DNA of 64,000 bases, taken from contig MU008235.1 of assembly GCA_010909165.1 (NCBI GenBank), forward strand, positions 1-64,000, given 5' to 3'. This DNA comes from Anthoceros angustus (lineage: Eukaryota; Plantae; Anthocerotophyta). The notes below the pieces were generated by a model. It did no database searches and had not been told where the DNA came from. It was given only the letters and a program-made list of their open reading frames with translations. This document shows positions 1 to 11,732 of the stretch, piece after piece (the stretch's first letter is position 1; each line of letters starts with the position of its first letter). A program made the position numbers and the translations under genes.

Positions 1-1170
1 AAAAGTAATGTGGTTCCAGGGCACACCATGATCTTGGGGTACACCTCCCAGATCCACAAGGCTGAACAGGAAGCTCTGCTCCTGTACTCACAGATGCAGC
101 AGGAAGGTGTGGTCCCGAATTACCGCACATATGCTGTTGTCCTTAAAGCTTGCCGTAGCCTGGCAGCATGGGGTGGGCGAAATGGTGGGCCTGCACTTGG
201 AACAAGTGTGAGAGCAATGCCTGCGGACTGTGAAAGCTGTCCATTCGGATGTTGTGAAGGGTAAGTGCAAGTCGGACGTGTTTGTGGCCAACATGCTTGT
301 GGATGCATACTCAAAGTGTGGAAGTGTAGAAGATGCTAGACAGGTGTTTGATAACATGCCTGTCCGTAGATGTGGGGATGGGTTGACGTTCCTCCAAATC
401 CGAACAGAGCTTGCCTGATGGTACTAGCTTTCGCAGGCCTCAGATCCGGAAGGTGCGTAACGGCTGGAACCGTTAGCAAGCTGTGACACAGGGGGCAAGC
501 GTGGCGCCAGGTGGCCAGATATTTGTGCCAACCCTGCTATCGATTTCGTCCATGGTTCGGTGGATATGTATGCAAGTTTGGCAGCTTAGAAGACGCTCGA
601 AGAGTATTTGAAGGACTTGATTAAAGATGAGGTGACTTGGAGTGCTGTAATCTCGGGGTATTCCCTGCAGGGCATGGGCCAGGAAGTCTTCTCTGTACAG
701 GGCTATGCAATTTAAGGACTTCCTGGTCCGCACCCAAATGTGGGGCATTTGTTTGCGTTCTGCAGGTATGTTCACGTGTGAGCTCTCCTTCTTTGGAGAT
801 GGGGAAACAGGTTCACACGAGTCACAGAACGAGGCGTTGCATCATCCTGATGTGTGTTTTGGACAACAGTTTGGTAGATATGTATGCGAAGTGTGGAAGC
901 TTGGAACTTGCAGAGAGTGTTTCACAAGAAGAGGGCATCGCTGTACCCAACTCCATGATTTTTGTATGCCTCCTGCAGGCATGTTCAGATGTTTCAGCTT
1001 TGGTAAGGGAGCTACCTGCACGCATAGAAGAAATAGGCCTTAAATGTTTTGCTCGTTGGCAGTCTAAAAGACATGTATGGGAAGTAGGGGAGCATGTGTG
1101 ATGCACAGCTGGTGTTTGAGGCATTGCCTGATGTGCCCTGGAACGCCCTCATTGCAGGAAACAGCGTCTA
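1..1170 (+). pseudogene. Fragmented PLS-class pentatricopeptide repeat (PPR) gene
   Basis: PPR motifs scattered over frames: EALLLYSQMQQEGVVPNYRTYAVVLKAC (10-264), VHSDVVKGKCKSDVFVANMLVDAYSKCGSVEDARQVFDNMP (230-418), NSLVDMYAKCGSLELAE and PNSMIFVCLLQACS (637-1101). Many frameshifts and stops. Continues off the left edge. Confidence 0.85.
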
Positions 1171-1949
1171 AGGAGACAACCAAGACTTCTTTACAGCCCA
1201 GATTTTTTTTTTAATTTGGTATTTTGAAAATAAATCAAAACAACCTCGGGGAGAAATCTTGAGCAAGGGTTCTGATTCCCTATGTTACATCGTATCATCC
1301 CAACAGGAAGAGACTATACTCTACAGCCTCTACAGCCCAGATGGCAGGACTTTCTGTTGTGTAGTATCGGTATGCTGCCAGTCCTACAAGTCTGCTGTAC
1401 GAAGGGCGTGGAGGGATTATTATCTTTGTACTGTAAAAATTTGTCCAGAGGTTGTCAATTAGCGTTTTTGCTCTAGCATTTATATAAGAAACTAGTGAGA
1501 ATAGTACGCCCCAGGAGTCGGTCTTATCTGTCATCTCTATGCTGTATGCCTCTGGTGCCGGAGGGCAAGAGGAAGGAAAATATTATTTCTATTAAAGTCC
1601 ATCAAGGACGGCATTTCCGTCATAGGACTTGTACTTCGGTAGCTTGAATCCTTGCTAGAATTGCTAGGTACAACTTGCTGAGCTCCGTTCTACAGCTAGC
1701 CCAACTTACTACATACAGCTTGCAGAGCAACGAAGCTTAGCTGCAGCGAAGGCTGGCCCAACTTACTAGGTACGAACTTGCAGAACAACGGAGCTTAAGC
1801 TTCAGCCCTCTATTAGATCCAGTCTTCCTTCTCGGGTTTCCTTTCGCTTTTTCATGCCTGCTATCTACTTGGGGGCGATTCAATCAAAATCAAACCCTCT
1901 CTAGAAGATATAATAGTTATATGATCGAGATCGACGATGTTCGCAGCAT

Positions 1950-3112
1950 CTACATAGTGTGCACCTTCGACATTGCGTTATGTCTGACACTAGGCTTCGG
2001 TTTTCTCACGGTTCGATTGAAGGGGCTAACCGTGGGATCCGTAATGAACTTGAAGATGACATGTGTCCAGGAAGTGTGGTGAATCAAATGGTCGTAAAAT
2101 TCAGGGGCAATTTGGCGCACCCTGTGGAGCCTGCAGCCGGGGATTCTGGGAAAATCGTGGTGCTCGTTGTGGTAGCCAACATTCCAAGCCAGGATGTTTA
2201 GAGGCCCGTAGTAGGAATACGTCTCCTGGCCATGGGCAACCACATAGTGCTCGGATATGAAGTGGCCGGCAATAGGATGCATTCCGCTTCCAAAGAACGT
2301 GGACAGCATGAGATACACGAGGGACCGCCACCCGGAGTAGTAGAGCAACCAGACGTCGAAAGCCAGCTGCGTACACAGGTTGGCCGCCTCCCACACCCCC
2401 GGTCTCTTCGGGTTCAAGAAGAGCGCCCGCGAGCCGTACACAAGAATCTGGAGGTTTACCCACAGCACCTTCATGAGCACGTTGCTCACCATCCTGCCCT
2501 CGGCGTAGCTCGGGATATCCATATCCTGGCCTTCGATCCCTGTGTATCTGTGATGCTCCAGATGGTACTTTTGGAACGTGACCGCAATTGGGATGCCGAT
2601 GGGAAAGTTGGCAAGCAGTGCTAGCACTCGGTTGCCTAAGGGAGTCACAAACGCCAGATTGTGGCTCAATTCGTGTATTCCAAGAAACAGGTTGTGGTTC
2701 AGAAACGCTCCGAACATGTAAGCTAGGGCAATCAACGCGGGCCAGCTCGCGTTTTGGCAGGCAATCGCAGTCCATACTTGCAGAAGAAACACAGCCAGGA
2801 TCTGCGCAAACCGGACTCCAGCAGTATCAATTTAGATCCGTGCCGTTTGATACGAAAAAATTAACCATTTCGTGGAGTCATGCAACCGCTCCAAGCCCTT
2901 ATTAGTTCTCAAGCACAATCAGCATGCACAGAGTTGGAATCCAACCGAGTGGAGGATTTAAGCCCAGGTCGTCACCTGCGGACAAGTCCAGGGTCCGGGC
3001 CGAAGAGCTCCTTGATCTCAGGGTGCGCAGCCAGAATCTGCTTGCGCCTGGAGGCATGCGGCTCATCGGTCTCAGTCCAGAGGAAATCGTCGCTCGCTGG
3101 CTGAAACACCAT
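1950..3112 (-). CDS. DES1: Sphingolipid delta(4)-desaturase DES1-like, 2 exons (3112-2976, 2801-1950)
   Basis: Exon 1 [33 protein letters not shown] is the DES N-terminal domain. Exon 2 has the His boxes HELSH, HLEHH and HNEHH, plus [11 protein letters not shown]. Donor CAG|GTGAC at 2975 and acceptor GCAG|ATC at 2801. One base appears to be missing in exon 1 (see findings). Confidence 0.93.
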
Positions 3113-4440
3113 CACACCACGAGCTAGCAGATGCGCAGGCCCGCACCGCTGAAGAGAATTGGCAGCTAAGCGGATAAATTTGACGAGACTCGTGCAGTAT
3201 TTATATGCCGACCCGCCTGCCAGCATCGGCAATCCCGGAAGCCGAATGCTGCAATGGTAAACAGATGGTGATCGCCTTGCACGTTGTTGAACATGTCGCA
3301 GCGCCCTCACTTCGATCCGGGCCGAACATTCCACATGCCAATCGCCAGCCGGGTTTCCGGTCTCCTCCATGACTATTGTCTCAGAAGTGCCACGTGGGTG
3401 GCGTTTTGTACCGGCTGCAGTGGGTCGCCGGATGGGATTTAGACGGTAGCAGGTTTCTGGCTCTAGTGGCCAAGTTGCCGCCGTCTCTGGTTTCTATGAC
3501 TTCGGCCTCCCGTCTGTTGTCGGTTTTGTAAACTCTGAGAGAGCTTCGGCTGGTTCCAAGCCAATGCGGAATTGTTCGGTTGTATACAGTGTACCGAAAC
3601 ACAAGAGGGTCTCCCTTGTTTTGGATCTTATCGAGACCCCGTGTGTCGCTCTCGGTACCCATATCGCCGCGCCTTCTTGGCCGCAAGAAGGCGCCGATGC
3701 CCTTCTCAAAGCGGGCAGAAAACTGAAATGTCTTGTCGGCACGGTTACGCAATGACACCAGCGCAAGGATTGGAACCTTCGACTCTGTAGCGAGGTCTAT
3801 AACAACGATGCTTCGTTGAATGGACGTCCATACTTAGCCATGTTTTATGGGGCGTAGGGTGCACATTGAAAACTCCACGATTAAGCGGCATGTGGGCGGA
3901 TCAATACAGGATGGGGTATCATCTTTCACGTCCCTTGCCGGCCAAATGTGTGTTCCCCGTGGGCCCTGGCCTTCTATGGCGTCTCCGGCCCAAGATCAGG
4001 TCTTCGGCAGATTCGGTGTAAAGATAATCCGTTAAAAATATAAAAATTTAAGTGAACCTTGGCCTATAGAATATCATACCAAAGAGGATAGAGAGTGTTA
4101 AAAATTGCGTTACACTTTCTATCCTCTACCATAAAAGAAAAGAATCCAGAAATCGTTTGGGTTCAAAGAGAAAAGTTGATTGTGTCCGCTTTGGTAGTTG
4201 ATTGAAATTAAGGGTTGTACCAAACCGGACACCCCACTACACTTTATGCTATTCTCCTCCTCATTATTATTTTCGAGCTCCGGTTGGGTTTGTGGTAGGC
4301 TTAGAGCGGGTTTCCATGAACCCGAGCCCGGGCCGGTCTTGACAAAACGACACAGGCTTTCCGAGTCGGGTGCCTTGTCCTATAGTTGAGCAAACCTAGC
4401 AAATTACCAGGTTTATTTTTAGGAACGATAAGCGAGCATC

Positions 4441-4666
4441 AACCCGAGATGACTGCCACATTAGCATGTGTGCCTTAAGTGCCATGATGATACATACATT
4501 TAACATACATCTTTTCCTCCTCACCCTCGCGCAAGTGTGTACCTGCTCAATTCTAGTTTGACCCAAGATGATCGCCACATTAGCATGCCTTAAGTGCCAT
4601 GATGATACATACATTGAGAGCCTTCCTCCTTGGCCAAGTGTGTACCTCTGCTCACTCCTAGTTCGC
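4441..4666. repeat. Two diverged ~120-bp direct repeat units
   Basis: gccacattagcatg..ccttaagtgccatgatgatacatacatt..caagtgtgtacct occurs at ~4455 and ~4575. Confidence 0.75.
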
Positions 4667-4949
4667 TTCCCCAGCCCGATCGTGTCACTCCCACCCAAGT
4701 CACACTCCCAAGTTTCAAGCTCGTGCAAGGCTTCTGCGCAGGCACTCGAGGCTTAGACCGACGCTCATTTCATGGTCGACATGCAAGCTACTCTTCGTTA
4801 TGGCGACTCGCCCCTCGAGATGCACTTGACATTATTGGTCGTGGTTTTGCTTTCACTTGAAACTGCTAGAAAGGCACTCATGTTGAACTACTTGCCTTGA
4901 GGAGGAGGTTAACACCGATCAACATATTCTTGTCATGGTTGAGCCAATG

Positions 4950-5970
4950 AATGGCTTGTTATTTTCTTTGATCTCTTCAGAAGAATTGACACCAAGATCT
5001 TTTGTAGGTCTACAGCAAGGAATATGGTACATTAAACCGGGTGCTCCTAGATGCTGATCTATTTATGAGCAATATGTCATAGTGGATGACCAACCATGGT
5101 TTAAGAACATCACGAGGTTTGCTCCTGCTACATTTATCTACATTTGTGGGCAAGTTCATGATGAGCTACAATCCACTTCGCTGGTTTCTCTCAAATTGTT
5201 AGAGAATTCTTCTAAAGCGAACAAGTGGGTCGAAGCCTTCGTTGGATGGCCTATGGAAGGATTAAATCTCTAGGTGAATGTAAATGATTGGCTTTTGCCG
5301 CATTCAAGGGCAAAATTGGCGGTTCCTGAAGTGGTACTTCTCAGGCTTTGGGCACCACCTTGATGCGCAATTTAGCTCACAATGATCCATAAAGCAAGGA
5401 TCTCATGATCAATAAGGCTTCTCCAATTCCTTGGGTGCTATTGATGCAACCCATTATTCTATAGAAACACCATTAAGGAAGAAAATTGCTTTGGTATGGT
5501 TAAGGTTTGACCATGGCAATGCAAGCTATTGTGGGTCCAAATAAACGCTTTCTTGATGTCCAATAAGTTGGCCTAGTAAAGCCAATGACACAAGAATTTT
5601 GGTGAATCCTCTGCAGAAAGCAAGAGTGGCATTTCGCTTAAATGGGCTCAAGGAAAACATCTCGGATATGAAGTGGAGGAATATATTGAACACGATAATT
5701 TTGAAGGGGGATATACTCCTCTCTACGAGACAAAGACCCCTTGTCACGAAGAACACCTTACCTAGAAGATATGTGCCCTACTTTGATAATGCACACACCC
5801 TTTCCGAGGTCATATCTTTGATAAAGATGCACTTTCAAGTCTACACCGAGAACCGGAGCATGAGGGTGTGGGCCCGCTTATGCTTTAGTAGAATGCATAG
5901 AGGGCTGCCATTTTCATATGTTTATTACAACCGAAAACTTTTACTTTCAAGTGGTGGAACACAATGAAAA
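4950..5970 (+). mobile_element. Degenerate PIF/Harbinger (HARBI1-like DDE_Tnp_4) transposase
   Basis: DDQPWFKNITRFAPATFIYICGQV (5082), LGAIDATH (~5431, the GAIDGTH motif), MQAIVGPNKRFLDV (~5519) and WPSKANDTRIL (~5570) occur in the expected order, with frameshifts. Confidence 0.8.
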
Positions 5971-6510
5971 CAATCTGCATAAGCGGGAGTCTCATTTAAG
6001 GTCGTGAGAACATTGCAACAAACAAGCTCAAGGAGGAAGTGGTCATCGATCGACGACAATAGCCATTCAAGAGTGCGGCGACTCATCCATGCCTTGCGCC
6101 AAAGTCAAGTACCACCGCCATATTCGGAGGCGGTCCATATCCTCCGCCTCAAGTTGTCGTTCTCCTCCATTGCTTGCTCGCCTTCAATAGTATCATTCTT
6201 GGGCCTGGTCACCGGTGTCGCCACACGCATCTAGGGTCCGACCCTCATCCAAAAGGTCGCCCGTGGGTCTTCAACCTTCCGCACTCAATGCAACCACTTG
6301 GGCTTTAAGGCAATGCCAACGTCCTTAAAATGAACAAAGTTAGTTGCCCATGCGCCCATGCAAGCATCCTTAAAATCAACAAAATTGAACTTGAGGAGGC
6401 ACGAGGTTTGAACACGAAACCTATTCATTACTACACTTATTTCCCAAACACTAGACCAACAGTCCATGGTTGAGTACTCTTGAGGCGCTAAATATTTATT
6501 TTGGAAGGCC

Positions 6511-6848
6511 TAGGAGGAGGGGCCGGCCGGCCCATGGGTAGGGCAGGGTGTTAGGGAGGCGCGGCCGGCGCCGCCCATGGGCAAGGCATGGCGTGTTGAG
6601 GCCCGGCGCCCAAGGGGCTGTTAGGGGGGCCACCCCCGCCCATGGGCGGTGGTGTTAGGGGAGGGCCGGCGCCCATGGGCGTGGTGTTAGGGGAGGCCCC
6701 GCCCATGGTGGTGTTAGGGCCCCCCGCCCAGGTGGTGGCGTGTTAGGCCCGGGCGCCCATGGGTAGGGTGAGGCGTGGGCCGGCCGCCCATGGGCAGGTG
6801 TAGGGAGGGGCGCCGGCGCCCAGCGAGGGCAGGGGCCGCGCCTCCTTA
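6511..6848. mobile_element. GC-rich MITE-like element with internal tandem repeats
   Basis: Left end taggaggaggggcc resembles the reverse complement of right end ggccgcgcctccttag. The interior is repeated ggtgttaggg(a)ggcc..gcccatgggc units. Sharp GC contrast with the flanks. Confidence 0.55.
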
Positions 6849-8009
6849 GCACCATCCTGCATACGGTGAAGCTAGGGGGACAAGAAGGAACGGCAGTATC
6901 CTATCACCGATGGAAGGTGTGGCCCATTTGCGAAGGGTTAAAAGATTTGCGCATCCATAGGTGATGAAGAGTATAAGTGGTGGGAAGCCTGTGGACCGGA
7001 AGGAGATTGCTATCGTGGAGAATAACATTGGGCTAGTGCTACAGTCCTTGGAAGTGGTTTTCACGTGCGTAAGTGGATCATACTGACCACTTCGCTTGGA
7101 TGAAGCTTTGCTAGATGAGGCATTATTGAGAGGACCTCCACGCGTGATATGTATTTGGGGCATATCAAAATGCGGGAAGGCAAGCTGGAAATGGCACGGA
7201 TGAATGGGGACATAAACCGAGAGGGATGTTTCGCGTGCCGCAATACGGACATGCACAGGCCATTCGGATTGGGAGGTCATTGACGTGAAGCTACCACCCG
7301 ACCTCACTTTCTTATCCACTAGTATCGGACCGAGCACATAGATGCGTATGAAGGAGATATGTGCGAACACATAGTCCGCCAGAGTGGTAACCCATCCGTC
7401 CAATGCCGAGGAAAAAGGGAATAAGATCCATTACCTAAAAACATACAGGAGGTATTTGAATGAAATCCATCCCAGTATTATGGGTTTGTGTTGAACGACA
7501 AAACATCTGTGCGGTGGACAAAAAGCGATAAGGGATAAGCTCATGAGTTGCGTGGCTTCATACAACTGCGAGTGAAAGTGTCGAAGATAGTGATGACAAT
7601 GGAGAAGTTGGACCAAGTGATGACGATGGATTGAACTCGGGATGAGTGAACCGAAATCTCGCTTTTTCCGGGTCCCGAGTTAATGTTGTAAGTCCGGTAT
7701 TTGATGTTTCGTGTTAGGAAATACCTGTCTGGCTTTTGTGGTGTCATAACAAAACCACATTTCCATCCCAAACCGAGTTTACGTTGCCCGAGAACGGCCT
7801 TCCTCACCGCTCCTACTTTGCATCATTCCCTAGGTTCGAGTTTGCACCACCATACACAAACATTGCTGGATGGAAAGTAGTAATTTTTCCGGTGACACCT
7901 TTTTTCGAGCTCCAAATGCCTTCAAACTGCTTTTAGGGCCCATCAAAACCCCTTCGTAGATTATTTGAAAACCCCTCGAGATTATTAACCCCCCCTTCAA
8001 AAAATTATC

Positions 8010-8400
8010 GTGTTATTGGGAGATGTAGGGTATCCGCTCATGCCATAGTTGGTCGTGTTCGATTGCGGTTGAGAATAGGTCTTTGTCAAATTGAAGAAAA
8101 TTTCAATTGATACATTCTTCACTAAATGGTGTAGCATGCTTTTGGGGACTTAAAGGACAATGACGAGTATATTGGGGAGGAAGACATGGAGGTGTAACTT
8201 AAGGTATTTGGCTAAATCGACATATATGCTTGTTGCATATTACACACATAAAGGGATTAAAGGAGATCTTCCGAGGAGTATCTTGTTCAAGATTATGTGC
8301 ACCCACCAGATAGAACCGGTATGGAGAGACCACTTGGAGATCCATCAGGGACAAGCTATAGTAGAGGTGTTGAAGGCTTTTTAAGTGCTTAGGCATGTTA
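8010..8400 (+). mobile_element. C-terminal half of a second PIF/Harbinger transposase (degenerate)
   Basis: Reading across frameshifts gives VLLGDVGYPLMP..EENFN..HAFG.LKGQ..ILGRKTWRCNLRYL..YACCILH, matching the LGDxGYPL...HAFGxLKGRW...ACCxLHN core of DDE_Tnp_4. Confidence 0.8.
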
Positions 8401-8499
8401 TATAATATTTTGTGACATGCTTGTACGTGAAACAGATACATTTTAGTCAATGGAGGCAAGATTCTTGCTCGATGATTTAGTTGGTTGCTCCCCAAGATT

Positions 8500-9560
8500 T
8501 AGTTTCAGTTCTTACCATTTCTAGGACTTTCTACAAGTGTCACACTCTACCATATCTACTTCTCTTTCTGATGTTGGTGGAGGATTGCCTATCCAAGTAA
8601 TCTAATTCCATCACCAATTCCAACAAGGGCTTTAATGTATCCATGACCAAGCTCTTTAGAAATCTCTACTTTCTGGGTCTCAGGCTGTTGCAACAACTCG
8701 AATTTGGTCTTCTCGAATGCTAAGCTCTCAGAGTGCCGTAACAATTTCCCTCGTTCTGCATCTGCCATACTAGCCAGAAGGAGGTTGTTATTTTTCTCCA
8801 GCTGCGAGACAATACCTTGTGTGGCACCGCTTGAACGATATTTCTTGTTCCATCTTATACCCGGAGGTTTGGAAAGTGAGATTGCTTCTTGAGAAGCTGA
8901 GGTTGAAGCACAATTGTTTCCCCACTGATTCTGGTAACGAGTTTCAGGACTTGGTTGTGGGAATAAGTCATGTCATTACCACCACCTACAATTTAATAAT
9001 AAGCACACGCCTTATGAAAAAAACCAGACTTGAAACCAATAGCCAGGAGTGGATGGAAGACCTGAAGCTTAAGAAACCCTCACTGGAAACATTAGGCTTA
9101 GTCATGGGGAAGCTTTGGCGGACTGTGGAGTCCATGAGTAGATCTTCTGGATCAATATCCTTTCCTTCTTCATAACCTTTCTTGATTTATAAAGCGGAAG
9201 TATAGAAATTTGTTGGCAGTCTCTTGTACCTCTTGTCTTAAATGGAGAGGTCTCAATACGAACTCTTCCCAGAGCCAAGGTGTCGCTCGTGATCGAATAT
9301 CTTCTTCCAATCTATATGCAGGGATTCCCACTTGTCTTGACACTCCTTTGCTGTGCGTTTGATATTCCTCTTCTGTATATCTGTAACAATCTTGGCCCAA
9401 CGTAGCCAGCTTTATGTTTTTCCTGTTCCTCCGTGATAACATTCTTTGCAGGTCATCTCTTTGTTCAGTTTGGAGAACCAATATTTCAGCTTCAGTCCAC
9501 AAGACCCGTTTCCTTAAAGGCTCCTCAAAGACGAGACTCATTTTACAACTTGGATGGAAT
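8500..9560 (-). mobile_element. Myb/SANT-like (trihelix GT-type) ORF, probable second Harbinger gene, frameshifted
   Basis: RVLWTEAEILVL (ORF 9170-9541), then after a frame change RWAKIVTDIQKRNIKRTAKECQDKWESLHIDWKKIFDHER. Convergent with the DDE fragment at 8010-8400. Confidence 0.75.
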
Positions 9561-11059
9561 CTTTGGATGGCACCTCAAAAGGTTTGGCGTGGGCGGGCGA
9601 GTTGTGAATGGGCAGCGCTTAATCTAGGTTCGCATAAACCTGGATAAGAAAATGATGACGAAGAGACAAAACTCAAACATCTTTGAGTAAATGAACCGTT
9701 TGGTCGAGTGTGGAAGACCACATGTGCACTAACCCGCTCCCAAGTGTCGGGATGAGCGATTTTTTTTTTGGATGTGTTAGAATAGCAAAGTGCTTTGAGA
9801 ATCTAGTCGGTCTTTTATCACGGAATGGTCCTTGGCCCTTGGAGATAATAATAATTTTTCGACCCTTAGGTTTGACCCCGGAGGTGGGGAGAAATAGAGT
9901 CCTTGGGTATTGGGAATTTTTAGAATAAAGGTGTCTATATATGCTAGGGATGCTCACAATATGCCACAGTTGAGTAGTCAAGTGGGGTGGTGGCTAGTTC
10001 CACCACGGTGGCGAAAGCAGGACGTCTGAGACCGAGTTACAACCCTAGTGGCGGGCGGGACTACCGGTCGGTCGGGCCAGCGGGAGAAGGCACACCCGGC
10101 CGCAGTCGCGACTTTCGGGAGGCGGTCGGGAGGCTGCGGCGCATACGCATGAGCCAAATCTACATCTCATGCGGGAGGAAGGCAGCGGGGAGACAGGCGG
10201 CGGCGGAGGAGAAATCAGGCGCCGGCAGTTCGAGGCGTGGAAGGGCCAGGCGTCGATTTTCTCTTGACCGAGTCTGCGGGAGTCGAGGTTTGTTTTGGGA
10301 AACAACGAGAAGGAGATGGCGCCCATTGGCCAATCTTCTTCTCGCTAAGAGACGAATGATGCACTGAAAAAACAACCAAACACAATCAAAACTCCAAAAC
10401 AATAAAACAAATTGAACACATACGGGACATGACGTCACACAACTAGATAAGGAAAAGAAATATGAAATAAACACCAAGCTTAGGAAAACACAAAACAAAT
10501 CAAAATTCTGAGCTTAAGTCGGTTTCTAGTTCGAGAAGCTTGATCGGTCACGATTCGATCGGTTTCTTGTTCTAAACAAACAAAGACGTCCTACCCCTTA
10601 CCAACTACTCTTGGACTTACAGAACAACAATCGAGATCGTAAACACGACAAATAACACATGCATGAAGAGACAATACAAAAACAAGGCGAGATAACATGA
10701 GCGAAAAAAGCGATGAAAAGCGAACAAAACATCACGGGCGTAACAACTACAATGATGTTACTTGGGACACGGTGAGCACAAACAATCGAGCACAAAAACT
10801 AACCTATAAAACATAAGAAATTAACACTAAAAACAAACATTTAAGAACTCAAACACACGGAACTGTCGTTTGGGACACATGTTTGACCAATGGTACGTGT
10901 TCTTCGTCAGTCGTCACGTACGTCGTCTCGGCCCGATGCTTCAACGAAACAAAAAAACACCAAAGAAACATGAGTTTGCAAGCACGAAGATGTTTGCAAA
11001 GGAAGACGACAACATGCAAATCACGATGCAACCAAACAAAACTCCAAGCGATAAGCGCN

Positions 11060-11732
11060 GCGGTGAGGTGTGAGAACAAGGAGAGTTGAAGAGAGTTCTT
11101 TGGGAGACTTGGAGTGTGGGGAGGATCTGAGAGGCACCTCAAGGGGCTGTGAGAGCCTGGAGGTCAGTATGGAGCTTGGAAGGTGAGCTGAAAGGAGGAG
11201 AGAGAGTCAAGAAGTCTTGCAAGAGAAAGGGGTAGTTTGTGTGAGCTGCAACCCTTTATGTGAGTTGTCCTAGGTTTAGGTTTAGAGATTAGGGTTAGGG
11301 CCGCTTAGGTTGTCCATAAATAGTGTGTGGAAAAGGTGACACGTGGCTAACTCGATTGGTGGATCTAACTTTGTGGATAGATAAGAGAGGGTGTCCAACC
11401 TTATCCACTTGGATCCCAAGTGGGTCCCACCTTCTATTAATAGCCAGACTGATCCCAAGGTGGACCCCACTCTGCTAAAATAGAGGGTGGTTGCTAAGAT
11501 AGCAAGTATGTCGTTGCTAAGGTAGCAACGCGTGGCTAAGATAGCCGGTCCGAGTGTTGTTAGGATAGTAGCCGGTCAGGCTAGATGTTTGGTGTGTCTG
11601 TTTGGTTGGATTGGCTATGTTTTGGTTGTCTTGACACGAAATCACTCCCTTGGGTACGAATCTCAAGTCTACAACGATAAAGAGGGTAAATGTGGCCTCT
11701 TTGTGACCACTTGGTTTAGAAAATCACCCACA
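11060..11732 (+). repeat. LTR family A, copy 1 (3' end at 11732), starting at the N at 11059
   Basis: Near-identical to 14230-14769 and to the reverse complement of 58924-59205. Ends ...tttagaaaatcacccaca and directly abuts copia RT sequence. Confidence 0.8.

Noticed and set aside
9960-11059. Continuity between this segment and LTR A copy 1
   Set aside because: An N at 11059 and a flip in strand composition suggest an assembly join, so the adjacency cannot be trusted.
11270-11300. Telomere-like tttagg/ttaggg motifs
   Set aside because: Only a few degenerate units, and they are part of LTR family A (also present at ~59150).
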